A stretch of DNA of 32,000 nucleotides from Rickettsiales bacterium. GTDB lineage: Bacteria > Pseudomonadota > Alphaproteobacteria > Rs-D84. Positions within the stretch are counted from its first letter, which is position 1; each line of letters opens with the position of its first letter. Of this stretch, positions 1-9,135 are shown piece by piece. The stretch lies in NCBI GenBank assembly GCA_031265235.1, contig JAISCX010000005.1:3912-35911 (forward strand), read 5' to 3'. A program made the translations under genes and the position numbers. The notes beneath the pieces are model-generated. The model worked only from the letters and a program-made list of their open reading frames with translations, was not told the origin of the DNA and did not search any database.

Positions 1-203
1 GCCAGCACGGCACCCGGAAATCCGGCGCCCGCCCCCAGATCGATTATCCTTGCGCCGACCGGCAAATATGCCGCCAATTGCGCGGAATCCTTTATATGGC
101 GCAAATCTATATTCTCCAAAGTGCTTGCAGCCACAAGATTTATTCGCGCATTCCAAATGCGCAACAATTCCTCGTACTTTTTAAATTTTTCCTGAATATT
201 CAT
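1..203 (-). CDS. rsmG: 16S rRNA m7G527 methyltransferase RsmG/GidB, N-terminal part (gene runs off the left edge)
   Basis: Not in the ORF track because it is truncated. The reverse complement from the ATG at 203 reads MNIQEKFKKYEELLRIWNARINLVAASTLENIDLRHIKDSAQLAAYLPVGARIIDLGAGAGFPGAVLA. The WNxxINL segment and the DLGAGAGFPG SAM-binding loop are typical of RsmG. Confidence 0.8.
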   Translation of the reverse strand, partial: MNIQEKFKKYEELLRIWNARINLVAASTLENIDLRHIKDSAQLAAYLPVGARIIDLGAGAGFPGAVL

Positions 204-241
204 CTGGACATTTCCAATGTTTTCAAATAGTATATCATATT

Positions 242-1948
242 ATGAAGAAAGCCACAAAAAATATAAAAAATAACAAAAACACCGGTAATTCTGTAAATCC
301 GGGTAATGTTTTGCCATCAAATCGCATTCTCGTCACAGCGATTGCGGCATGCGGATTTGCCGCCGCAATTGGGTCAGGGCTTTGGACAACGAATTTTCAA
401 GTCCCGGACGATGACATCAATCGAACGTTCAAAGGCACGGATTTCGGGAATTTTTTGGCTATGCACCATGCCATGTATGCAGACGATTTCGATATGGTTG
501 AAAAATATTCCGGACTGCTTTCTAATACACAGATAAAATCTGTTCAAACCAATCGCGCCCTTTCTTTGTTTGTGGCTGGAAAAATTGACGATTCGGCCGG
601 CTTTTTAGAAAAAGATACATCTGTATCCGCGCAAATCGCATATGCCGCGTATTTGATTAAAAACGGCGATTGGGACAGTGTTTATAAACGGTTCAGAAAT
701 AACAATTCGCAAATCCTGGCGCCTATTCGCATCTGGGCCGCTGTTGCAGCCGGGAAATCCGCAGAAGCACTACGGTTCATAGATTCAATCCCTGGAAACG
801 ACTCTTGGCGTTCTTTTATACACGGACAAGTATACGCGGTAACGGGCAAGACAGAACGGGCAAGACAGCAATTTTTGCAAATTCCCGCGGACTTTTTGAA
901 CCTGAATGACTATTTGTATCTTATGGCATTTTACCAGTCGGGCGGATTTGATTCCGACGCGGATGAATTAAGAATCCTTTTCACAGAAAGACCCGGTGGT
1001 CTTTACGCTTTGAATTACAAAGAATACGGCAATTTCGGCGATTTATCCAAGGTTCCCGCAAATCTTCGGTTCGCATTGATTCAATCGGTATCGCACAGCC
1101 CTGTTTTGGCGTCCAGCAGCATTTCATTGCTGTTGCTGCGCATGGCAGAGGTGGCGGACGAGGGACTTGTTCGAAATTCCGACCCGCTGAACTATTATAT
1201 GGGCGCGTTTTTCTATAATTCTGGCAACTATGACAAGGCGAATGAGTTTTTTAATAAAATTGGCACAGATAGTATGTATCAGCCCTTTATTTTACTAAAA
1301 GATGCCGAAAAGGCCGGTAATTTTAACAAAATGCGCCGCCTTTTGACAGCCGCGATTGATAAAAACCCTTTGTTTATGCCGGCAATATTGAAACTTGTTG
1401 ATAAAAACCTTCAAAAAGGCCGGAAAAATGACGCTTTAAAGGTTGTGAATCGCGCTTTAAAAACACCGAACCTGACAGATATGGGCCGCGCCTTTCTATT
1501 GACCTTGCGCGCGCGGGTATATCGGCAGTCCGGCGATTTGCACGCCGCGGATGCGGATATTACGCTGGCTTTCGACCTTTCGCCGCGCGATACGGGGGTT
1601 TTGACCGAACAGGCCCAGATTTGGGCGGAATCCGGACAAAATCTGGACGAAGCATATCAAATCGCAATGATATTGCTGAAAAAATACCCGTCCGACATAA
1701 GTGCGTGGGATACACTGGCGATGATCGTATGGAAAAAAGAGGGACTGGATTCCGCGATTTTAATTTTGCAAAAAATTTCAAAAGTCGCGCAAACAAATTC
1801 GCAATTGTTCGAACACCTCGGCGATATGTATATCGAATCGGGCGACGTCCAAAAAGCACACGACGCATATACGCGCGGATTGGAATTATCCGACGACGGA
1901 CAAACATCAGAATCGGTTTTAAAGAAAAAAATTCGCAAATCCAGATAA
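242..1948 (+). CDS. membrane-anchored TPR-like repeat protein, function unknown
   Basis: 568-aa ORF. A Lys/Asn-rich N-terminus is followed by one hydrophobic helix (ILVTAIAACGFAAAIGSGLW). The C-terminal half has TPR-like helical pairs (GNYDKANEFFNKI, GDLHAADADITLAFDLSP, GDVQKAHDAYTRGLELSDD). I recognise no specific family. Confidence 0.65.
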   Translation: MKKATKNIKNNKNTGNSVNPGNVLPSNRILVTAIAACGFAAAIGSGLWTTNFQVPDDDINRTFKGTDFGNFLAMHHAMYADDFDMVEKYSGLLSNTQIKSVQTNRALSLFVAGKIDDSAGFLEKDTSVSAQIAYAAYLIKNGDWDSVYKRFRNNNSQILAPIRIWAAVAAGKSAEALRFIDSIPGNDSWRSFIHGQVYAVTGKTERARQQFLQIPADFLNLNDYLYLMAFYQSGGFDSDADELRILFTERPGGLYALNYKEYGNFGDLSKVPANLRFALIQSVSHSPVLASSSISLLLLRMAEVADEGLVRNSDPLNYYMGAFFYNSGNYDKANEFFNKIGTDSMYQPFILLKDAEKAGNFNKMRRLLTAAIDKNPLFMPAILKLVDKNLQKGRKNDALKVVNRALKTPNLTDMGRAFLLTLRARVYRQSGDLHAADADITLAFDLSPRDTGVLTEQAQIWAESGQNLDEAYQIAMILLKKYPSDISAWDTLAMIVWKKEGLDSAILILQKISKVAQTNSQLFEHLGDMYIESGDVQKAHDAYTRGLELSDDGQTSESVLKKKIRKSR

Positions 1949-2416
1949 ATTTTACGAACTATTTCTTCCAAGGCACATTCGTTTTTGCGAATTATGAAAA
2001 AACAAAATTCAAAAAAACGAAAAAAGATAGATAGAAATTCTAAAAATCCATAAATCCTGGATTTGTGTCTGTCTTGCAGACCTTGATATCCCGCCATTTG
2101 ATCCAATTTATCGGATTATTATACCAGAATGCATTGCCGCATTTACAGTCGGGAAAAAAACGTAAAAACACACTATTTTTATGCCGCTATTTTATAAAAA
2201 TATCTTTTATAAAATAAAGAAGCGCACTTTTATTTTTCAATTTTTATATCAAAAATAATAATGATTATGATTCCAAATTTATCCGCAAAAATTTTTATGA
2301 ATCTTTATTTGTTGAAAAATATTTTTTGAATCGCGCGATAATAATTCGCACATAAAAACCATCATTCGTCACGACAATCTTTTACATTGAACATGGTTAT
2401 CGCGGTACCGCAATTA

Positions 2417-3007
2417 TCATTTGTCCGACAATTTTTTCGTCGGCTCTTTGAAAGAAAATTCGCATCCGCAGTATTTCTGGCGATAAAAGTCCGATTTATT
2501 GACTGTTTTTTGCCGTAAATCATCATCCCATTGAATTGGAATATAATCGATTGCTATTTGTTCGTCATTTTTTGCCGCATTTCTTGCAGCAGTGTCAACC
2601 TGGAACTGGTCTTTCCATTTTGACACCCCGAAAACCGATGTTATCGCGTTATATCCGTTGTCACGGGCCCAGCGCACGCCAAACGCAAACCGCATTTCAA
2701 AGCACGCGGCGCATCTTTTCCCGCGTTCAGGCTGGTCTTCCATGCCGCGGACGCATTCGCGCCATTTTGCATGCTCTCTTTTATAATCGTCCGCGCCGTG
2801 CACGGCATATTTCACACCCAATTCATTGCACAGCCGGATTTGTTCAGCCAGACGCTTGTGATATTCCGATTCAGGGAAAATGTTCGGATTATAAAACAGG
2901 ACGATAAAATCAGCTATTTCGGGCGATTCCTTTAATTGCAAAAGTGCGCCCGCAGAGCAGGGCGCACAACACGACATCAAAACAAGCTTTATTTCATTTG
3001 TGTTCAT
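2417..3007 (-). CDS. queH: epoxyqueuosine reductase QueH (DUF208 family)
   Basis: 196 aa with the N-terminal CCAPCS motif, CAACFEMR, and the C-terminal YRQKYCGCEFS motif typical of QueH. Its ATG overlaps the metG stop by 4 nt (ATGA). Confidence 0.85.
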   Translation of the reverse strand: MNTNEIKLVLMSCCAPCSAGALLQLKESPEIADFIVLFYNPNIFPESEYHKRLAEQIRLCNELGVKYAVHGADDYKREHAKWRECVRGMEDQPERGKRCAACFEMRFAFGVRWARDNGYNAITSVFGVSKWKDQFQVDTAARNAAKNDEQIAIDYIPIQWDDDLRQKTVNKSDFYRQKYCGCEFSFKEPTKKLSDK

Positions 3008-5004
3008 TTCAACTTGAATTCCGCGCCAATGACCGAATCTTCGGGCATTTCGGCAAGATGTTCGTCATATTTGTCGCTTAACCCTATTTCGTCCGGACCG
3101 CACATCATGCCATAAGACACAACGCCGCGCATTTTGCGCGCGGCAATGGGCGCGTCAGATCCGGGGAGTTGGGCGCCAATCTTGGCCAATACGCCGACAA
3201 GCCCGGGGCGCACATTGGGACAGCCGCATACGATCTGCAACGGCTTGCCATCGCCGGCATCCACGCTTAACACATTCAAACGGTCGGATTCCGGATGCGG
3301 TTCGACAGTTAAAATCTTTGCAATAACAATCTTTGGCGATTTTTTTGTATATTTCTCTGTCATTTCCATGATTTTGGCATCATCTATGCGGTTGAATATA
3401 TTTTCAGGCACAGTAAATGATTCTTTGTCCGAAATGCGCCGTTCATATTGCGCCGGCCATGACAAGTCATGAATGTTTCCAAAAATCGACTGAATTTTTT
3501 CTGCGGCCCCCGGAATGAAAGGTGCAGACACCCGCGCATAAAAATCAATCAGCTGGAAACATTCGTTAAGAACCGCCGCCGCATCCATATCGCCGTTTTT
3601 GATCAATGCCCATGGTTCTGTGCGCGTCATGAATTCATTTCCGGCGGCCCATATTTCGCGGAGCGCAGCAACCGCTTTTCTGAATTCGCAACGTTCCAGC
3701 GCATCGGTAAGGTCGGCAAGATGGGAATTTAATGTAACATCGAGATCCGAATAGTGCTTTGTATCTAGCATTTCGTATTTCGGCGGCACCATGGCACCGA
3801 AATTCTTTTCCGCCAGTTTGCAAACGCGGCTGACAAAATTGCCCAGCATGCCGTTCAGGTCCTTGTTGACAATGTCCGCGAACCGTTGGACTGTGAAATC
3901 GGTGTCGTCCGTTTCCGGCGCGGACGAGAGCAGGGCGTAACGCCACGCGTCCGCGGGCGCATCCTGTGTGGCTTGATTCATAAATATTCCGTTCCCCGTT
4001 GATTTGGAAATCTTGGCCCCCTCGAAATTCAGAAAATTGTTCCCTTTTAACAGATCCACCATTTTCCAATTATCATTCACGGCCAGCTCCATCGACGGGA
4101 ACATGATTGAATGGAACACTATATTGTCTTTGCCCATGAATTGCGCGTAATAGCAATTGTCGCCAGCTTTCCACCAATCCGCCCATTTTTTGGTTGCAAC
4201 CTGTGATATAGAAACATACCCCCAAACATTATCGAACCAAACATAAAAGACTTTTTCGTCATAGCCCGGTTTGTTTACCGGAATCCCCCATTTAAGATCG
4301 CGCGTGATGGCCCGGTCCTGCAATCCCTCTTTCAGCCATTTGTTTGCGATGGAAACCGCCGTTTTGGACCAGTCCGTGCGAGAGTTCACCCATTCTTGAA
4401 CTTTGTCCTGCATCTTGGACAGCCGGAGGTAGAGATGTTTGGTTTCGCGCATTTCTATATCCGTCGCGCCGGATATAACGCTGCGCGGATTGATAAGCTC
4501 TTGCGGCTCTAACAACGCGCCGCATCCGTCATCGCATTGATCACCGCGCGCGCGCGCATACCCGCAATGCGGGCATGTTCCTTCAATAAATCTGTCTGCC
4601 AGGAACATTTTGTCGGTTACGGAATATGGTTGAATGCTTGTTTTTTCTTCTATAAGCCCCTGTTCGTCCAAACGTGTGAAAAGGGACTGGATAAGTTTTT
4701 CATGCTCTGGCGTATGTGTTTGACCATAAAGGTCAAACGACATATTGAAATTCCGGAACCCTGTTTCTTGAATCGCGCGGTATTTTTCGGAATAGGCCTC
4801 AAATGTCATGTTTTCTTTGCGCGCCGCGATTTCAAGCGCGGCCCCGTGTTCGTCGGCCCCGCAAATAAACAGCACGTCATGGCCATATGCGCGGCAGAAA
4901 CGCGCATATACATCGGCGGGCAGATATACCCCGCATAAATGTCCCAAATGCAGATCGTTGTTTACGAACGGCAAAGCTGCCGTTATAAGGTATTTTTTGG
5001 TCAT
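3004..5004 (-). CDS. metG: methionine--tRNA ligase with C-terminal tRNA-binding (EMAP/Trbp111-like) domain
   Basis: 666 aa. It has the class I HLGH signature (NNDLHLGHLCG), a KISKS (KMSKS-type) loop, a CPHCGY...CDDGCG zinc knuckle, and a C-terminal VLSVDAGDGKPLQIVCGCPNV OB-fold. Confidence 0.95.
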   Translation of the reverse strand: MTKKYLITAALPFVNNDLHLGHLCGVYLPADVYARFCRAYGHDVLFICGADEHGAALEIAARKENMTFEAYSEKYRAIQETGFRNFNMSFDLYGQTHTPEHEKLIQSLFTRLDEQGLIEEKTSIQPYSVTDKMFLADRFIEGTCPHCGYARARGDQCDDGCGALLEPQELINPRSVISGATDIEMRETKHLYLRLSKMQDKVQEWVNSRTDWSKTAVSIANKWLKEGLQDRAITRDLKWGIPVNKPGYDEKVFYVWFDNVWGYVSISQVATKKWADWWKAGDNCYYAQFMGKDNIVFHSIMFPSMELAVNDNWKMVDLLKGNNFLNFEGAKISKSTGNGIFMNQATQDAPADAWRYALLSSAPETDDTDFTVQRFADIVNKDLNGMLGNFVSRVCKLAEKNFGAMVPPKYEMLDTKHYSDLDVTLNSHLADLTDALERCEFRKAVAALREIWAAGNEFMTRTEPWALIKNGDMDAAAVLNECFQLIDFYARVSAPFIPGAAEKIQSIFGNIHDLSWPAQYERRISDKESFTVPENIFNRIDDAKIMEMTEKYTKKSPKIVIAKILTVEPHPESDRLNVLSVDAGDGKPLQIVCGCPNVRPGLVGVLAKIGAQLPGSDAPIAARKMRGVVSYGMMCGPDEIGLSDKYDEHLAEMPEDSVIGAEFKLK

Positions 5005-5229
5005 TTTTATTCTCTTAAATTATGGGTCAGAATCCGACGCATTATTATTATGCGTCATACTATATACGGAAAAATAATAAAATTCAAGTCAGCGCGCGCG
5101 GCGCATGAAACAGGGGAAAAAGATGTATGAATAATTTTGCATTTATCTACCGGCCACACTATGCCAAGGCTTTGTGCGGCACTCAAATTTTTTAATCTTG
5201 CGCGCCTTGCGCGCGATAACAAAATTTGG

Positions 5230-5306
5230 TGGTGGACGCGAGAAGACTCGAACTTCCGACCCCCTCCATGTCAAGGAGATACTCTAACCAACTGAGCTAC
5301 GCGTCC
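5230..5306 (-). tRNA. tRNA-Val (anticodon GAC), CCA encoded
   Basis: The minus strand reads GGACGCGTAGCTCAGTTGGTTAGAGTATCTCCTTGACATGGAGGGGGTCGGAAGTTCGAGTCTTCTCGCGTCCACCA. I folded it by hand into a 7-bp acceptor stem, a D arm, an anticodon stem TCTCC/GGAGG with loop TTGACAT, and a T arm GGAAG-TTCGAGT-CTTCT. Length is 77 nt. Confidence 0.9.
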
Positions 5307-5372
5307 AACGGAGTGGGATTATAACAGAGATTTTGAAAGGTGCAATAAAAAAGTATTCGTTCCACTGTCACT

Positions 5373-5396
5373 AAAAAATCGCCCTTTCGGGCGATC
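5373..5396 (-). terminator. rho-independent terminator downstream of pal
   Basis: On the minus strand GATCGCCC-GAAA-GGGCGAT is followed by TTTTTT, directly after the pal stop. Confidence 0.6.
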
Positions 5397-5398
5397 TT

Positions 5399-5818
5399 TT
5401 ATTTAACGGTTGTGGTCGCATTGCGATTCCATTTCCAGACTGATTCGCCCGCGCCCAATTTCCACGGGTTTTCCTTGCCATAAGAAATGATGGATACGCG
5501 CTTTGCGTTAATGCCGTCTTTCACTATTACAGACTTTGCGGCATTCGCGCGGCGATGGCCCAGCGCCAGATTGTATTCCGCTGTTCCGCGTTCGTCGCAG
5601 TTGCCGGCAATCTGAATCTTTGTGTCCGCATGGTTCTTCAGATACAGCGACTGGCCCAACAGGTTGTTGCGTGCCTCTTCGGAAATATTTGCAGAATCAA
5701 ACGCAAAGAAAACGCGCTGGTCGTTCAAGTCCGAGGGTTCTCTGATAGAGCTGGATCCGCCGCATGCCGCCAATGCTCCGCATGCCGTCAGCATCAAAAC
5801 ATAATTTTTAACTTTCAT
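5399..5818 (-). CDS. pal: peptidoglycan-associated lipoprotein Pal (OmpA-like domain)
   Basis: 139 aa. It has a lipoprotein signal with lipobox (LTACGALAACGG) and an OmpA_C core (FDSANI...LKNHADTKIQIAGNCDERGTAEYNLALGHRRANAAKSVIV). Confidence 0.9.
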   Translation of the reverse strand: MKVKNYVLMLTACGALAACGGSSSIREPSDLNDQRVFFAFDSANISEEARNNLLGQSLYLKNHADTKIQIAGNCDERGTAEYNLALGHRRANAAKSVIVKDGINAKRVSIISYGKENPWKLGAGESVWKWNRNATTTVK

Positions 5819-5894
5819 GAAAATACTCCCTTGTATTTTTGTTACTCGCTTGTTATTTTATATCAAAATTAACGCGAAAGCAAGGGGAAATAAG

Positions 5895-6698
5895 ATGTCT
5901 TTGCAGGATTTGGTGCTAGGGGGGGTCCGATGGGAACTTTTTCCCGGATCGGTTTTGCCGATTCAAGAAAAGAACGGGGAATCGAAAACAAAGATCAAAG
6001 TTAACGACAAAAAAGTCGAACCCGACGACAAACCCCCGCTTTCCGTCGTGCCGCCAATTCCAGTCGCACCCCGGAATGAATTGGCCTGCGCGGCAAACGC
6101 GGCGGCGCAGGCGGCCGGGGATGTGGACACCCTGTGCGCAGCTGTCAAAGAATTCAACCATCCCTTGTCCGGTTTTGCAAATGCCGTGATGCCACAGATA
6201 AGAAAAAGGGGGGAAGGGAAAGGAAACCTGATAATAATCACAGACGTTCCATCCGCAGATGATGACGCGAACGGCAGCATAATGACAGGCGCCGCCGGAG
6301 AATTGCTTGATAAAATGCTGGGCTCTATCGGATTGCCCCGCACATCGGTTTCAATAGTGCCGCTTGTATTCTGGCGCACCCCCGGAAACAGGACGCCGTC
6401 CCGGGAAGAACTGGACCTGGCACGACCGTTCGTCATGCAGGCGATCAATATCGCCTGCAAAGGAAATATGGAAGAGGAAAAAGGGAATGATATAATCTTG
6501 ACCCTTGGCGCGCTGGCGGCGCTGGAAATAGGGGGCGCAAAACTGCCGGCCGATCATGGGAAAGAAATTATTCTTCCTGCTTCCACATTCCTTCTGCCTT
6601 GTATTCCCATATGGCATCCCAACTATCTTATATTAAAACCGGACGCAAAGCGCGATGTCTGGGACGCGCTGCAAAAAGTGAGAGAGTTTATGGCCTAA
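5895..6698 (+). CDS. uracil-DNA glycosylase superfamily protein (family-4-like, alphaproteobacterial type)
   Basis: The C-terminal ~170 aa match the UDG family 4 layout (LIIITDVPSADDDANG..GAAGELLDKMLGSIGLPR..FWRTPGNRTPSREE..ARPF...WHPNYLILKP). I prefer the ATG at 5895 (GGGGAAATAAG upstream) over the track start at 5817, which would overlap the pal start. Confidence 0.7.
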   Translation: MSLQDLVLGGVRWELFPGSVLPIQEKNGESKTKIKVNDKKVEPDDKPPLSVVPPIPVAPRNELACAANAAAQAAGDVDTLCAAVKEFNHPLSGFANAVMPQIRKRGEGKGNLIIITDVPSADDDANGSIMTGAAGELLDKMLGSIGLPRTSVSIVPLVFWRTPGNRTPSREELDLARPFVMQAINIACKGNMEEEKGNDIILTLGALAALEIGGAKLPADHGKEIILPASTFLLPCIPIWHPNYLILKPDAKRDVWDALQKVREFMA

Positions 6699-6720
6699 GA
6701 TTTCAATTTGTTTAATTTTC

Positions 6721-6748
6721 TTGCAAAAATCAAACAAATGTTTAGAAT
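6721..6748 (+). promoter_or_regulatory. putative sigma70-type promoter for infC
   Basis: TTGCAA, a 16-nt spacer, then TAGAAT, about 70 nt upstream of the infC start. This is a motif match only. Confidence 0.3.
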
Positions 6749-6819
6749 TTAGTCAAGGATACAAGGTTTTGAAAAATCAGAAAACCTAAACCACAAACCA
6801 TAAGCCTAAGGAGGCGCCA

Positions 6820-7377
6820 ATTAAACCCAATACCAACAATCAAAACAACCGCAGAGATTTCGGTCCCCGGATCAATAACAGAATCTTTGCAAAAAGCGTT
6901 CAGGTAATCGACGCTTCTGGCGCCAATCTCGGCGTCATGCCGACGGCCGGCGCGTTGCAGATGGCATCAGATGCGGAAATGGATCTGGTTGAAATCAACG
7001 CGACCAATATCCCGCCAATCGTAAAGATAATGGATTACGGCAAATTCAAGTACGAGCAAAAGAAAAAAGCGGCCGAGGCGCGCAAAAACCAAAAGCAGAA
7101 CGAACTGAAAGAAATGTATATCAAGCCGTTCATAGAAGACAACGACCTGGGCATCAAAATGAAAAAAGTTTTGGAATTTCTGGTCGACGGCGACAAGGTC
7201 AAGGTATCTATAACAATGAGGCGGGGCGACAAGAAAGTTCTGGCGCGCGGCCGTGATTTCGTGCCGGCACTGCTGCAAAAAATCGCCGGCCTTGTCGGTG
7301 AAAACGGCACCATTGACGGCCAGTCAAAGCCGGACGACAGAACAAAATACATAATCTTTGCCCCGGCAAAGAAATAA
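6820..7377 (+). CDS. infC: translation initiation factor IF-3, non-canonical ATT start
   Basis: The track ORF (6937) starts inside the conserved N-domain. The frame is open back to 6790. The ATT at 6820 sits 5 nt after TAAGGAGG (6807-6814), and the extension reads IKPNTNNQNNRRDFGPRINNRIFAKSVQVIDASGANLGVMPT, the canonical IF-3 N-terminus. The C-terminal domain (KEMYIKPFIEDNDLGIKMKKV..FLVDGDKVKV) is present. Confidence 0.85.
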   Translation: MKPNTNNQNNRRDFGPRINNRIFAKSVQVIDASGANLGVMPTAGALQMASDAEMDLVEINATNIPPIVKIMDYGKFKYEQKKKAAEARKNQKQNELKEMYIKPFIEDNDLGIKMKKVLEFLVDGDKVKVSITMRRGDKKVLARGRDFVPALLQKIAGLVGENGTIDGQSKPDDRTKYIIFAPAKK

Positions 7378-7403
7378 AAAACGCGGATATGACCGCGTTT
7401 TTT
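7377..7403. terminator. bidirectional rho-independent terminator between convergent infC and the lipoprotein gene
   Basis: AAAAACGCGG-ATATGA-CCGCGTTTTT is a GC-cored hairpin flanked by an A-run and a T-run, so it could work on both strands. Confidence 0.7.
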
Positions 7404-7821
7404 ACATTGTCCCGCCATATACCCCGTATTGGGAATCGCCCCCCGAATAGAATTCGACGGCGGCGCTTGAATCGGCGCGCGTCCGGATGTTGCGCGTATC
7501 CGGACAGCTGTATACATTCGCGGTATATATGAACGCGCGTTCCGGACCGAATACGACCCAGTCGTTGGGACGCGTCCTTTCCGACACTATCCAATACGCG
7601 TTTCCGCGGCGAACCTGATCCGCTATGCGGTTCCGCAAATACTGTTCCGCGTCCTTGGAATCATAAACGGACACTTCCGATTCCAGTTTATACAGGAATT
7701 GGCATCCTATCGGCTCTGCCTTTAACAGAACCAGATCGTTGGATCCCACCTCTGGCTCTATCATTCCGGAACATCCAAGAAAAAGCGCCGAGCACAGGGC
7801 ATAAAGCATAAATTTTTTCAT
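7402..7821 (-). CDS. small lipoprotein, function unknown (possibly DUF4156-like)
   Basis: 139 aa with a signal peptide and lipobox (LCSALFLGCSG). The family assignment is from memory and weak. Confidence 0.65.
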   Translation of the reverse strand: MKKFMLYALCSALFLGCSGMIEPEVGSNDLVLLKAEPIGCQFLYKLESEVSVYDSKDAEQYLRNRIADQVRRGNAYWIVSERTRPNDWVVFGPERAFIYTANVYSCPDTRNIRTRADSSAAVEFYSGGDSQYGVYGGTM

Positions 7822-7955
7822 ATGTAAGTCTCCAATTGCATAACATTATAGCATAATTTGGGATTAAATGTAACCAAATCCGTAAAAGCAAAAAATGAGA
7901 CGCTTGATAATTGCCCGGCGCCGGGATATAATGAAAACCGACAAGGAGTTTTTTG

Positions 7956-8852
7956 ATGAGTTCTATTTTCATCTTTCCAGGCCAAGGCAGTCAGACCGTC
8001 GGCATGGGAAAAGATCTTTATGATAAATTTCCGGCCGCGCGCGCAGTTTTTGAAGAAGTCGACGACGCTTTGCACCAAAAATTATCAACCGTCATTTTCA
8101 ACGGCCCGATGGAAGAACTGACGCTGACCGCGAATGTCCAGCCGGCGATCATGGCCGTCAGCATCGCCATGCTTCGCGTTTGGGAAACAAACCGCCAACC
8201 GTTCGCCGATTACCGCCCGCCTTTCGTCGCCGGGCATTCTTTGGGCGAATATACCGCTTTGTGCGCGGCGGGGGCATTGTCGCTTGCCGACACGGCGCGG
8301 CTGCTGCGGACGCGGGGCGACGCAATGCAAGACGCCGTGCCGGTGGGACGCGGCATGGTTTCCGTGATCCTGGGATTGGATATCGACACAGTCCGCGAAA
8401 TCTGCATGGCCGCAGACTGCGACGTCGCGAACGACAACGCCCCCGGACAGGTTGTAATTTCCGGATTAAGAGAGCCGGTTGAAAAAGCAATGGGGCTTGC
8501 AAAAGAACGCGGCGCAAAGCGCGCGATGCCGCTGCCGCTATCCGCGCCGGTGCATTGCCGGCTGCAAGCGGCGGCGGCGGACAAAATACGGGACGCGCTG
8601 GACCGGATTGAAATGCGCGCGCCCACAGTCCCGTTGATTTCCAATAAAACCTGCGCGGCGATGTCCGACGTCAACGAAATAAAGGACGCGCTTGTTTATC
8701 AGATCACGCACGGCGTCCGCTGGCGCGAGACTATTCTGACGCTGCCGTCTCTGGGCATTGCGGAAACCATAGAAATAGGGCCGGGGACCATTTTGACGGG
8801 TCTTACACCGCGCATAGCGCCGACACTTGACGCAAAAAAGCTGGAGATATAA
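7956..8852 (+). CDS. fabD: malonyl-CoA:ACP transacylase
   Basis: FIFPGQGSQTVGMGKDLY and the active-site GHSLGEYTA motif are present. The ATG at 7956 lies 7 nt after GGAG. The track start at 7953 is a TTG one codon earlier. Confidence 0.93.
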   Translation: MSSIFIFPGQGSQTVGMGKDLYDKFPAARAVFEEVDDALHQKLSTVIFNGPMEELTLTANVQPAIMAVSIAMLRVWETNRQPFADYRPPFVAGHSLGEYTALCAAGALSLADTARLLRTRGDAMQDAVPVGRGMVSVILGLDIDTVREICMAADCDVANDNAPGQVVISGLREPVEKAMGLAKERGAKRAMPLPLSAPVHCRLQAAAADKIRDALDRIEMRAPTVPLISNKTCAAMSDVNEIKDALVYQITHGVRWRETILTLPSLGIAETIEIGPGTILTGLTPRIAPTLDAKKLEI

Positions 8853-8853
8853 A

Positions 8854-9135
8854 ATGTCAAAGAATGCCAAACATATACACGAATATAAAAGAGAAAAAAT
8901 CTTAAAGCGCGCGATCCAGGAAGTAAAGAAAACGAAACTGCAACCGCAGGACATACTGATACTGACCGATGCCCAGTTTACAAAAGTAAAAGCCATACAA
9001 AAAATCCACACCCCGAATATGAAGAACGAAGAAGGCAGGCATATGGCGCGGCAAAATTTCCGAAGAAATACCAGACAGATTGACAAATTGTATTTTGGCG
9101 GCGGATATAATTGTATTAACCAAAAGGAAAAATAA
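8854..9135 (+). CDS. 93-aa basic (Lys/Arg-rich) hypothetical protein wedged between fabD and fabG
   Basis: The ATG at 8854 lies 1 nt after the fabD stop, with GGAG 7 nt upstream. Its TAA overlaps the fabG ATG (TAATG). The sequence is visibly more A/T-rich than its neighbours. I recognise no family. Confidence 0.5.
   Translation: MSKNAKHIHEYKREKILKRAIQEVKKTKLQPQDILILTDAQFTKVKAIQKIHTPNMKNEEGRHMARQNFRRNTRQIDKLYFGGGYNCINQKEK

Noticed and set aside
1949-2416. The A/T-rich spacer as oriC, given the nearby rsmG/gidB.
   Set aside because: I found only one near-consensus DnaA box (TTATCCGCA at ~2279) and no cluster of boxes. dnaA, hemE and parAB are not adjacent. GC-skew cannot be judged from one window.
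5034-5056. Hairpin GACGCAT-TATTATT-ATGCGTC upstream of metG as a T-box or attenuator.
   Set aside because: It has a 7-bp stem with no following U-run on the metG sense strand and no specifier or T-box sequence features. It is too little to call.
5361-5378. CACTGTCACTAAAAA next to tRNA-Val. Its complement TTTTTAGTGA matches the start of the 24323 element, so it could be another repeat copy.
   Set aside because: Only ~10 nt are shared, and it overlaps the A-run of the pal terminator. This is within chance expectation.
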